Assembly: GCF_006345805.1 (NCBI RefSeq)
Contig: NW_021834410.1
Coordinates: 1 to 48,784, forward strand
From: Octopus sinensis
Taxonomy: Eukaryota
Reading direction: 5' to 3'
DNA: 48,784 nt
The notes under the pieces are model-generated. The model did no database searches. It was given only the letters and a program-made list of their open reading frames with translations, and was not told the origin of the DNA. Below, one piece after another: positions 37,864 through 48,784 of the stretch (within the stretch, counting starts at the first letter, position 1; each line of letters opens with the position of its first letter). The translations under genes were made by a program, and so were the position numbers.

Positions 37864-39205
37864 TAAGGTGGTGATCTTGCAGAATTGTTAGCACGCTGAG
37901 TTAAATGCTTAGCGGCATTTCGTCCGTCTTTACGTTCTGTGCTCAGAGTCCGTCTAGATTGACATTGCACTTCATCCTTTTCAGACCAATAAAATAAGTA
38001 CTAGTTGAGTGCTGGGGTTGATGTAATCGACTTACTGTCCCTGTCGGAATTGCTGGCTTTATACAAAAATTTGAAGTCAATATAGTACGTTTCCTCAGAT
38101 AATTATTTCGGTCCTCCATCAATCTTTCCCAACAAACTCAAGATTTTTCATACATTTTCCCTCCTGCTGTAATTATGTATGTCTTCGTTTTAAGATATTT
38201 TGTTTTTAATTTTTGGACGTTAGCAGTTTTTGACAAAATAATTCTTTTTGTCTCCAATCTTAATATGACTTAGATCACATTTGCATCTCAGATCTATAGC
38301 ATTCGCTCACAATTTATGTCAATATATTTCTATAGTAAGGCGGTGAGATGGCAAAATCGTTTGCACGCCGGGCAAAATGCTTAGCGGCATTGCGTCCGTT
38401 TTCACGGTCTAAGTTCAAATTCCGCCCAGGTTGACTTTGCCTTTCCTAATTTCGGAATAGATAAAATAAGTACCAGTTGAATACTAGGGTCGATGCAATC
38501 CCTCGAAATTGTTGGCCATGTGCTAAAATTTGAAACCAATATATTGTTGTGTTATGTAAATTGGTTCGTTTCTTTATTTGTCAAATTTTTTCTAAATTCT
38601 TTCTCCTTCCTTATCTGTCATATTTAATGCTAAACCTCAAAGAGAAAGTCTGTTTCTAAATATAGACTTAAACGGACACAATTTTAACTAAATCTCTCAT
38701 CACCCCTTCGATCTTTCTTTTCTCCTTGATTTGATTTCTTCCTTCCGGGATATTTCATCGACTCACGGATTTTCCTCATTAATTCAGAGATGATCAAAAT
38801 TATAGAAACAATCTTATAACCCTAAAAACTAAAGTATTATCAAATTAATATACTTAGTTATACTTAAGATACTGAGTGAATATTTGAACAATAACACCGT
38901 AAAATTGGTTTTATTTGTTGGGCCTTTCCTGTTGCAATAGTGAAAATGTAGAAACAGAAAACAGTATACAAATGAGAAAGGGGATAAGAGCGGCAAGCTG
39001 GCAGAATTGTTATCGCGCCGGATAAAATGTTTATCGGCAAATCTTCCGACTTTACGTTTAAAGCTCAAAGGCTGCCGGGATCGACTTTGCCTTTCATTCT
39101 TTCGGGATTCGATAAAATAAATACCAGTTGAGCATTGGAGCTTGATGTAATCGACTACCCGTTACTCCAAAATTGCCGGCCTGGTGCCAAAATTGGAAAA
39201 TAATA
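37864..39205 (+). mobile_element. Three dispersed SINE family B copies (37864-38085, 38336-38545, 38986-39205)
   Basis: Each has an AAGGCGGTGAG/AGCGGCAAG head, a B-box and the central domain. Confidence 0.8.
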
Positions 39206-39699
39206 TATAAAGATGTATGCAAGTGTTTATGTTTGTATATGAATGAGAAAAAAGAAAACAATGGAGAAATTTACATATAGACATCAGATTATTCGAAAAT
39301 ATTCAAATCAATATAATATGAAATTCATATCCCTACAGCGTTTCCATATACAATTAATCAATTTGAGAAATTAAATTCATTAAAATTTTTCCTATTGAAA
39401 CTGGTTAATTGAGTATTTCATCAGGGGAGAATTTCCTGAAAGTGTACATTCCAACATGTTGGTCGACCCTTGACAGACTCAGATATGTGCGTTTTTGGTA
39501 ATGTATGTATTTAAAAAAAAACCGTTATGAGCATATTCATACAAACTTATAAACAAATACTTATAAACAATGCTTATAGACATTGAATATGCAAATAAAG
39601 CTCCTATTCCATTCTGATGGCCATCGACTAATGATGCTGACCAGTGAGCCAGTTTCTCGGGGTTACATCAAGTTATACCGATATCTTGGCATCACTTCG

Positions 39700-39960
39700 C
39701 TGACGACGATTAGGAAAGCTTTTGTCCACGTCGTCTGCACGCTCGTTCGTGACTGGTAAAAGCCGATGTGGGATCGACATATCTGATTGCAGTGATGACA
39801 GGCGTATGACAGGTTGTTCAGGGTCTGATGATGCAGCTGCATTAGTTTTTCGCCGCTGACGTTTATCTTCAAGGGATGCACTGCGAGAGATCTCAAAGGA
39901 GGAAACAACATCGCTGATGGTATGGCGCCAAGCGACGCGGTCAGCTGTTAGAGTGGACTA
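39700..39960 (-). mobile_element. RTE (BovB-like) LINE 3' fragment
   Basis: ADRVAWRHTISDVVSSFE...LEDKRQRRK, then YACHHCNQICRSHIG in the next frame, typical of the RTE-BovB C-terminus. Confidence 0.72.
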
Positions 39961-40332
39961 TTCACGATAACCAATGTCACAAACGCTAAGGCAGTCCTTG
40001 TAACGCTTCCTTAGTGCTCCCCTATATAATTTAGGATAAATATAATAATAATAATAATAACAATAACCCTAAGATGGAATTTATAAACATTTAATGCATC
40101 GCTACGGGCGTTTCCACAAATCGCATGACTTTTAAGATCACAATCCGTATTCCTGAGATCATTACAGTGTAGTCCGTAGTATCCTTGGGCATCCGGTTGA
40201 TCATCATCATTGATTCATTTCTTCAGGCGATATAACATTAGTGGATGAACCACAAGCATGTTTTTCTCTTTTATCAGTCCGAAGGTCAGGTGAGATCTGT
40301 GGGTATTGCGTATATGATGGGGAGAAGTGTTA

Positions 40333-40397
<65 letters not shown>

Positions 40398-40398
40398 T

Positions 40399-40442
<44 letters not shown>

Positions 40443-40479
40443 TATTATATATGAAGTATGTGAACTACATACATATGTA

Positions 40480-40710
40480 CATATATGTGTGTGCATTTGT
40501 GCGTTTGTTTGTTCCCACCACCATTGACGACCAGTGTTGGTTTGTTTACGTCCTTATAACTTAGCAGTCTGGCAAAAGGAATATACAACAAGTACTATAC
40601 TTAAAAAAAAAAGGAAGTGCTGGTGTGGATTTGTTTGGTTAAAACCCTTCATAGCAGTGCCTTAGCATGGCAGTAGTCCACTGATTGAAACAAGTAAAAG
40701 AGAAAAAAAA
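40480..40710 (+). mobile_element. SINE family A, 3' part
   Basis: Diverged tail segment ending GAAACAAGTAAAAGAG. Confidence 0.65.
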
Positions 40711-41033
40711 GGTGAAAGAAAAAGAAAAAGAAAGCAGTAGAACGTATACGGGTCTAAACAACTAACGATGTACGTGAAGCTCTACTAGAGTCACGACGTA
40801 AACAAATGCGTCATTACATGCTTGCACTTCCCTGGCTGCCTTGTAATATCTCAAAAGGAAAATGGGATGTAATTGATCTATTTGACAAGCAATAATTAAG
40901 GTTGATTTCAGGATCAAATGTTATAGCATGTTAAGATGAGATGAACTGCCAGAAAGACGGCGTTAATGGAGGAAACTACACTTCAGGGGTATAATTGTGA
41001 CGTATGCTGTTACGTTTGTATGCCTTACATTTT

Positions 41034-41270
41034 AAGGCGGCGAGCTGGCAGAATCGGTAGCACGCTGGGCGAAATGCTGAGCGGTATTTCGTCTGCCCAC
41101 TACGTTCTGAGTTCAAATTCCGCCGAGGTCGACTTTGCCTTTCATCCTTTCGGGGTCGATTAAATAAATACCAGTTAGGCACTGGGGTCGATGTAATCGA
41201 CTTAACCCGTTTGTCTGTCCTTGTTTGTCCTCTCTGTGTTTAGCCCCTTGCGGGTAGTAAAGAAATAGTA
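41034..41270 (+). mobile_element. SINE family B, full length
   Basis: Close consensus match. Confidence 0.9.
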
Positions 41271-41389
41271 TGCTGTTGCATTTGGTTTCTCGCATGCCGG
41301 TCTTTCAAGTCGTAAGAGGAACCGAACCATACAGGGAGAATGAATAAGCGTAGGGTGTGATTATGATCAATGTAAGCAAGTGGTGTCTT

Positions 41390-41590
41390 TTACATGGGTG
41401 TCGAATATTGGAAGGTACTGCAAGATTAAATCTGGTGTCACTGGTTATTCAGAATTCCACAACAACAATAACACAACATACGTCCAAGTGGAACAAAACA
41501 CGTGGGTGTCATAATTCTAATAAAAACTGCAGGTCGTTAGCAGGGCTCAAGAGTCACTGCAGAATATATAAGCTGAAATAAGAAGGTGTA
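41390..41590 (+). mobile_element. Probable RTE LINE extreme 3' fragment
   Basis: CRSLAGLKSHCRI motif at the end of the ORF resembles the RTE terminal Cys/His motif. Confidence 0.45.
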
Positions 41591-41620
41591 ATTTCCAGAA
41601 ATGGCGATTCTGAGTATCTA

Positions 41621-41688
<68 letters not shown>

Positions 41689-42077
41689 ATGTACGTATGT
41701 ATTATGTATGTATTATGTATGTATATTTTTATGATATGTATGCAGGCGTGTGTTTAAGCATGTATGTATGTATATACGACTGTACGTACATACGTACGTA
41801 TGTATGAATAAATGTATGTATTTATATATGTATATATGTATGTATATATGAATGTATGTATCATGTAAACCTGAATATATGTATGCATGTATCGTATACA
41901 TACATGTATTATGAAACCGTGTATGCATGCATATCTGAATGTTTGTATGCGAGGATGTATGCATGTAAGTCTATCTGTCTGTCTGTTTGTATGCATATTC
42001 CAAGTTGCAGGCCACATTTTTGCACCTTGGTAGCTTATGTTTTGCAGCATACATACATACATACATACATACATACA

Positions 42078-42113
<36 letters not shown>

Positions 42114-42164
42114 TATATTATATAAAGTTATACTAGCTGTGAGACATTGACTTGGTTGTGTATA

Positions 42165-42385
42165 ATAAATGGTTTCAAATTTTGGTACAAGATAAGCAAT
42201 TTCAGGGAAGAACGCTAGCCGATTATATCGACCCCAGTGTTCAACTCGTAGATATTTTATCAATCCCCGAAAGGATAAAAAGCGAAGTCAACTTCGGCGG
42301 AATTTGAACTAAAAAAAAAATGTTAAGTCAGAAGAAATGCCGCTAAACGTTTTGCTCGGCGAGCTGACGATTCTGCTAGCTCACA
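42165..42385 (-). mobile_element. SINE family B, diverged
   Basis: Consensus match on the minus strand. Confidence 0.75.
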
Positions 42386-42866
42386 GCCTTTTTGTTGTGA
42401 ATAATTATTAAGAGGAAATTTGAAACAATTCCTCGAATTGTCTAATTGCAGCGAGTCTGAGTGAAGCAAGGAGTTCGTAATTTTTTCTAAAAGACCCGAG
42501 ACTGTTAGCATCTTTTAAAAGCAATTTATACAAAATATACTGTATTCATTTGAGACTGTTTATTAAATTAGGTATTAATAAATCCGGACAAGGGCGGATA
42601 TTGCTGCTAGTATAACATAAATGCTAAGTAACAATATACTGTGTTTATAAACAACATCAGGAATCTGATATAGAAATAAGTTAACCATTTGCCTATCCTA
42701 TGTAACACATGTGATATACAGGACGTATTTCACTGGTGTCCATGCATCATATATCATATGCATTCCCAATTTTTTTCAGCCGCCATATTAACTAGTGGTA
42801 AGCTTCGTATTACTCAGAACATATTAAACAAGGCCTACTTAAAAGTCTGTAAATAAGCATAGAATC

Positions 42867-43281
42867 TCTCTTTTACTCTCTCTTTTACTTGTTTCAGTCA
42901 TTTGACTGCGGCCATGCTGGAGCACCTCCTTTTAGTCGAGCAAATCGACCCCAGGACTTATTCTTTGTAAGCCTAGTACTTATCCTATCGGTCTCTTTTG
43001 CCGAACCGCTAAGTAACGGGGACGTAAACACACCAGCATCGGTTGTCAAGTGATGTTGGGGAGACAAACACAGACAAACAAACACACACACACATATATA
43101 CATATATATATATACAACGGGCTTCTTTCAGTTTCCGCCTACCAAATCCACTCACAAGGCTTTGGTCGGCCCGAGGCTATAGTAGAAGACACTTGCCCAA
43201 GGTGCCACGTAGTGGGACTGAACCCGGAACTGTGTGGTTGGTAAGCAAGCTACTTACCACACAGCCACTCCTGCGCCTATA
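42867..43281 (-). mobile_element. SINE family A, full length
   Basis: Complete consensus match ending CCTGCGCCTA on the plus strand. Confidence 0.9.
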
Positions 43282-44074
43282 TAGGATAAATTTAGGATAA
43301 ATTTAGGATAAATTTATAAAATTACTTTGGACCGTTAAATGGTCAAGAAGTATATACCATGAAAAAGAATCGGTAGAACATCTGGGAAAATATATTACGG
43401 TATTGGGTCATTATAAACTCTTGGTGCAATTTTAAATTTATATAATTTAGTACTTGTGAAAAGAGCAAGTCAAAGAATTTTAAGATTTAAAAAAAAAAAC
43501 GTATTCTTGAAATGATTAATTTTAAACCTGTTTTCTGTTATTACAGCTACACACTGTGATTCTATTTTGAAGTTCTAGGAATAGATTTGCAGCTGATTTT
43601 TCTACTATTCGTTACCCTAGTTTTCAAGTCAGCTTTAGAATGATATTGAGCTGAATAAACAGCCTTTACATGTCTCAAAAAAAAAAAAAAAGTAATTATT
43701 TAACATTTTTTAAAAAAATCAATAATTATAATAAAATCTTTTGACTGACAACGCTGCTAAAGAAAAATAGATGCATTAGGCTTCGAAATCATAAAGAGAG
43801 AATTAATGATAAAAATATATTAAATTCAAATAAGTCTCCTGTAAACGATGTATCTCGAATGCCAATTCATCTATAAACTAGCTGATAATGCATAGAGTTA
43901 AAAATCCCCTTAGACGGGGAAGCTGCCTGCGGAACACGAACCACGCATCTATTGAAACAAAGATAAGTAGCTGTCTGCTATTTATGCGTCCATGTGGGGT
44001 TTGGCTTTGTGTATTTGTTTTTTTCTTGAGCTTCAGAACTCATACGGTTGGCTGGTTGCCCTCTTTCAATGGCG

Positions 44075-44263
44075 TATAAGTGGCCGAGGTCACAACAATC
44101 CGCCTGAAAGGTGTCGATAAAATTAGTACCAGTTGAGCGATGGGGTCGATGTAATCGACTAGGCCCCACTCCTCCGGCCAAAATCAAAAAACAATCAAAA
44201 AAAAAAAAGCCGTCAGGCCTAGTGCCTATAGTGGAAAGAATTATTATTTGTAGCAGTAGAAAT

Positions 44264-44296
<33 letters not shown>

Positions 44297-44376
44297 GTCG
44301 TCGTGGTCGTGGTCGTCGTGGTCGTGGTCGTGGTCGTCATCGTCATCGTCATCATCATCATCATCATCATCATCAT

Positions 44377-44420
<44 letters not shown>

Positions 44421-45185
44421 TCATCATCATCACCACCATCATCATCATCAGTAGTAGTAGTAGCAGCAATAGCAGCAATAGCAGTAGTAGAAGTAGTAGT
44501 AAAATAAACAGAAACATTAATAGTCATAGCTCTCTTCCTCGGTGAGCTGGTGGAATCGTTATCGCGCCGGACAAAATGCTGAGTAACTTTTCTTCCGGAT
44601 TTATTTTTTTGAGTTCAAATACTGCCGAGGTCGACTTTGTCTTTCATCGATGAAATAAATACCAGTCATGTACTGGGGTCGAAGTAATCAATTAAACCCC
44701 GTCCCCCAAAATTTCAGGTTCTGTGCCTATGGCAGAAAGGTTTATAATTATTTTTAAGGCGGTGAGCTGGCAGAACCGTTAGCATGCCGGACATAATGCT
44801 TAGCTCCATTTCGTCCGTCTTTACATTCTGAGTTCACATTCCGTCTAAGTCTCTTTACTTGCCATCCTTTCGGGGTCGATAAAATAAGTACCAACTGAGT
44901 ACTGGGGTCGATGTAATCGACTTAACCCCTTACCCCGAAATGGTTTGCCTTGTGTCAGAATTTGAAATCGTTATTATTATTTTTAGTCGTAATAAAGGCG
45001 GTGAGGTGGCAGAATCGTTAGCACGCCGGAAAAAATTCTTAGCGACATTTCGGCCGTCTTTATGTTCTGGGATCAAATTCCGCCTAGGTCGACTGTGTCT
45101 TTAATTCTTTCGGTCTCGATAAAATAAGTACCAGCTGAATACTAGGGTCCATGAAATTGATGAACTTGTGCAAAAATTCGAAGCC
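44075..45185 (+). mobile_element. Cluster of four SINE family B copies (44075-44245, 44538-44745, 44757-44975, 44996-45185)
   Basis: The last three are head-to-tail, separated by TTATTA-rich tails. Confidence 0.85.
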
Positions 45186-45231
45186 ATCGTCAGTCGTAAT
45201 AACAACAACAGTAGTAGTATGTTATTTTATT

Positions 45232-45547
45232 TATTTATGTGCCCTTTTCAAGCCTAGCCAGGCTCATGGGCCCGGTTTCCCGGTTTCTATGGCGTATGTG
45301 TCCCCCCCCCCCAGCTGGACAGGACGCCAGACCATCGCAACGTTACTCAAGAAACAGGAAGAAAGAGTGAGAGAAAGTTGAGGGCAAAAGAGTAAAACAG
45401 GGGTCGCCACTACCCCCTAGCGGAGCATCGTGGAGCTCTAGGTGCTTTCGCTCAATAAACACACACAACGCCCGGTCTGGGAGTCGAAACCGCGATCCTC
45501 TGACCGCGAGTCCGCTGACCTAACCACTGGGCCATTGCATCTCCGCA
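45232..45547 (-). mobile_element. SINE C-variant with intact tRNA-like head
   Basis: Minus-strand head GGAGATGCAATGGCCCAGTGGTTAGG..GGTTTCGACTCCCAGACC with the variant body (CGTCC.GTCCAG..CCGGGCCCATGAGCC). Confidence 0.8.
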
Positions 45548-45949
45548 GTAGTATGTTAAATAGAACCATTAATATTCCAAAGCTCCCTCTCTCCCATGCT
45601 CTTAGTCTATCTTTACTCGCCGTGTACTCTGAGTATAGACCTTGCTTCTTCAGTTGGTTATTTTATTCCCCGTCCCTTGAATTTTAAGCAGAACCAGAGC
45701 TGACTAGCTTTTCCGTATTTAAAGAAGTTAACCGCCACGGGCTGGCAAGAATTTCGATAATCCCGCAGTTCACCTTCACAGAGCCATGTCAGAAATATTT
45801 GTTTGCCATGGTGTAATGCCCTGGGATAAATATTGTGTTTGCAAGTCTTACGGGCCGCAAACAGAAAAAGAAAATTTAAACAATGCAAAAAAATACTCAC
45901 AAAATCTCACAAGGTATAGAGGACAGGGAGGAGGGTGGGGTGAACGGAA

Positions 45950-46560
45950 GGAAGAAGAGAAGAAAGCTTAAGCGAAGGTGGATGGATAAGGTAGAAGACG
46001 GAGGGAAGAAGAACAAGAAGAAGAAGGAGAGAAGAAGAAGAAAAGGAAGGAGAAGAAAAATACGGAGAAGAGGAATAAGAAGAAGAGGAGGAAGAAGAAG
46101 AAGAGGAAGAAGAAGAGGAAGAAGAAGAAAAAAAGAAGAAGAAAAGGAAGAAGGAGAAGAAAGGAAGAAGAGAAGAAGAAGAAGAAGAAGAGAGAAAAGA
46201 AGAAAAGGAAGGAGAAGAAAAATACGAGAAGAGGAATAAGAAGAAGAGGAGGAAGAAGAAGAAGAGGAAGAAGAAGAGGAAGAAGAAAAAAAAAGAAGAA
46301 AAGGAAGAAGGAGAAGAAAAGGAAGAAGAAGAAAGAAGAAGAAGAAGAAGAAGAAAAAGAAGAAGAAAAAGAAGAAGAAAAAGAAGAAGAAGAAGAAGAA
46401 AAGGAAGAAGGAGAAAAGGAAGAAGGAGAAGAAGAAAAAGAAGAAGAAGAAGAAGAAAAGGAAGAAGGAGAAGAAGAAGACGAAGTAGAGGAATAAAAAG
46501 AAGTGGAGGAGGAAGAAGGAGAAGAGGAAGTGTAGCAAAATAAAAAAAAATGAAGAAAAA
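45950..46560. repeat. (GAA/GGA)n polypurine tract with an internal ~160-bp duplication
   Basis: Seen directly; AAAATACG anchors near 46057 and 46218. Confidence 0.93.
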
Positions 46561-46666
46561 ATACAGAAGACAATTATGGAATGGGTTGACAAAATCTTTT
46601 GATCCGTTTCTGTAGAGTCGAGCGGTGTAGATGAAAGAATGTCGTCACGACTTGTGTGTGTGTGTG

Positions 46667-46712
<46 letters not shown>

Positions 46713-47331
46713 TGCGCTCATGACTGCGTTTTTTGTGTACACGTGTCTATGTGTATGTATGCATATAGGTGCGCATGTTTGTGTGTGCACGCACGTGTGT
46801 GTGTCTCTGTGTGTGTGTATGTACGTGTGTGTGTCTCTGTGTGTGTGTATGTACGTGTGTGTGTCTGTGTGTGTGTGTATGTGCGTGTGTGTGTCTGTGT
46901 GTGTGCGCGCGCGTCTTACATAAAAGAAAACCAATATTTGGTTATCAAGAACCAGTCAATATTCAGAATAGTTGTCATAAAAGAGGATGTAGGCTATTTT
47001 GGAACGTCTCGTGTTTGATTTACCGGTGAAATTAGGAAATATAAGGAGCAAAAAAAATACCAATAAAAATAGAAAATTACAAAGAAAATTCCCCTTTCTC
47101 CAAAAAGTGAAAAAAAAAAGAAGAAATAAAAAGGAAAAGAAAATTACCAATTCATCTAAATTTTAGAACTGGAATCCGAAAAGCAGTAGCAACGTCTTGC
47201 TACCTTAGTTCACATTTCAAATAGGCCAACATAAGCTCGAGAATGCTAAGCTGTGTTGCAGCGTATGGAGAGCCACCCACACGTAGAAATCTCAATCGCA
47301 AAAAGTAAAGAAAAAGGAAAGAGAAACATAT

Positions 47332-47700
47332 ATAGGCGCAGGAGTAGCTGTGTGGTAAGTAGCTTGCTAACCAACCACATGGTTCCGGGTTCAGTCCCAC
47401 TGCGTGGCATCTTGGGCAAGTGTCTTCTGCTATAGCCCCGGGCCGACCAATGCCTTGTGAGTGGATTTGGTAGACGGAAACTGAAAGAAGCCTGTCGTAT
47501 ATATGTATATATATATATGTATGTGTGTCTGTGTTTGCTCCCCTAGCATTGCTTGACGACCGATGCTGGTGTGTTTGCGTCCCCATCACTTAGCGGTTCG
47601 GGAAAAAGAGACCGATAGAATAAGTACTGGGCTTACAAGGCGGTGCTGCAGCATGGCCACAGTCAAATGACTGAAACAAGTAAAAGAAAAAAAAAGAACT
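47332..47700 (+). mobile_element. SINE family A, near full length (internal deletion in the tail)
   Basis: Consensus match; lacks the AAGAATAAGTCC..CGACTAA segment. Confidence 0.88.
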
Positions 47701-48237
47701 AAGGATTTGAGGTGTTCGGGGAAGATAAGTGTCGGTGCTCCATAAGTGTTACTTATCTCGTAACGCAAAAGCAAGCAAGCAAACCAACGATGATTTTTTT
47801 CTCTAAATAGTCTCCCGATTAATTCCACCAGTGTATCACTGGTATTGAATTCACTGGCCCAGGAGGAATGAAACATAGAAATAAACTCTTTGCTTTGAAA
47901 GTGGCTGGACTGCAGAAGACTACGGGGTACAGAGTCATGCATCTACTTCCAGCAGCATCACCACCATCACTCCTACTCATGGCAGGACATGTTTTTACAC
48001 AAGATTGGAAATGAATGACATGATGTGTATACAAATAGCAACGGGATTTCCTTCATATCACATCTTGCTTAACCAAAAATTGACTTAAATTTAAAGCAAT
48101 ATATTGTGTAATAACAACTTGAGTATTTCTGAAGCGTTTTGTTATAATATCACTGTTGAAATATACTGACTTTGTTTAAATTTCGGAGATGTACTCGCAT
48201 AGCAAGTAATTTGATCTGAGATCGTGTGCTGAAACGA

Positions 48238-48514
48238 AAACAATTGCAGCGTGGAAGGTGTTTGTAAGCCATTTAAGAAACACACAAAAGCCGTTCGATT
48301 CACTTCAACATTTAAATTTGATTTGTCAAAATATTTTCGTTGCTAAAATCCGCGACCTGTTCATTGATGCAGCATGGATTTTTGTCAGTGAACAGGTCGC
48401 GGATTTTAGCGACGAAAATATTTTGACAAATTAAACTTAAATGTTGAAGTGAATCGAACGGCTTTTGTGTGTTTCTTAAATGGCTTATAAACACCTTCCA
48501 CGCTGCAATTGTTT
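48238..48514. repeat. Foldback: 130-bp inverted arms with a 17-nt loop
   Basis: 48238-48367 vs 48385-48514 show 5 mismatches in 130 positions by manual alignment. Confidence 0.95.
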
Positions 48515-48784
48515 GTTTAAATTATTTTCTGGAAAGAAAAAAAAATCATAATTCAACATAATTTTGTCTTTATTAAGCCGGTATTTGAAACTTAAATTCA
48601 GTTCAAATTTTGGCGAAAGTCTAAGTCGATCTTGGTGGAAATTGAAATCAAAATGTAGAGACTGACGCAATGCCGTTAAGCCCTTTTCCATGGTTTTCTA
48701 GCGGTTATGCTAGCTCGCCGCCATATTCTGAACGTAAATTAACATGAAATATTAATGAAAGGGTTTTGAAGGAGTTTGTATCAT

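Noticed and set aside
40228-40290. Possible 63-nt plus-strand exon (TTCTTCAG...CAG|GTGAGA)
   Set aside because: The peptide is unrecognised and the segment lies between microsatellites; splice-like motifs of this strength arise by chance in 48 kb.
45897-46934. 345-aa and 201-aa F/S/L-rich ORFs, and the K/R/E-rich opposite ORF
   Set aside because: Products of the GAA tract and CA repeats.
48600-48735. YY1-like AATATGGCGGC start and 68-aa ORF on the minus strand
   Set aside because: ATGGCGGCGAGCTAG stops after 4 codons and the sequence aligns to a degenerate SINE B head.

Overview
Eukaryotic, AT-rich, repeat-saturated animal DNA, most likely an octopod cephalopod. That species call is inferred from recalled Octopus-type SINE families and microsatellite style, not verified by search. 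Most of the window is tRNA-derived SINEs (about 4 families, over 35 copies), di/tri/tetranucleotide microsatellites, decayed LINE 3' ends (RTE x4, CR1-like x1, R4/Dong-like x2 inside (TAA)n) and one decayed Tc1/mariner element. Nearly all ORFs in the supplied track are microsatellite or SINE artefacts. The only confidently recognisable host coding sequence is exon 1 of EXOSC3/RRP40 (35351-35139, minus strand). It has the expected phase-0 donor but substitutions at conserved residues, and no downstream exons were seen in the window. The best hidden signal is a nearly canonical minimal type I hammerhead ribozyme with palindromic stem III at 21447-21489, plus weaker remnants. Several long inverted repeats could form dsRNA, including a 130-bp foldback at 48238-48514. 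There are also local duplications and several unassigned candidate exons. No CRISPR, rRNA or intact tRNA gene was found. Repeat boundaries are approximate and identities were judged by eye.
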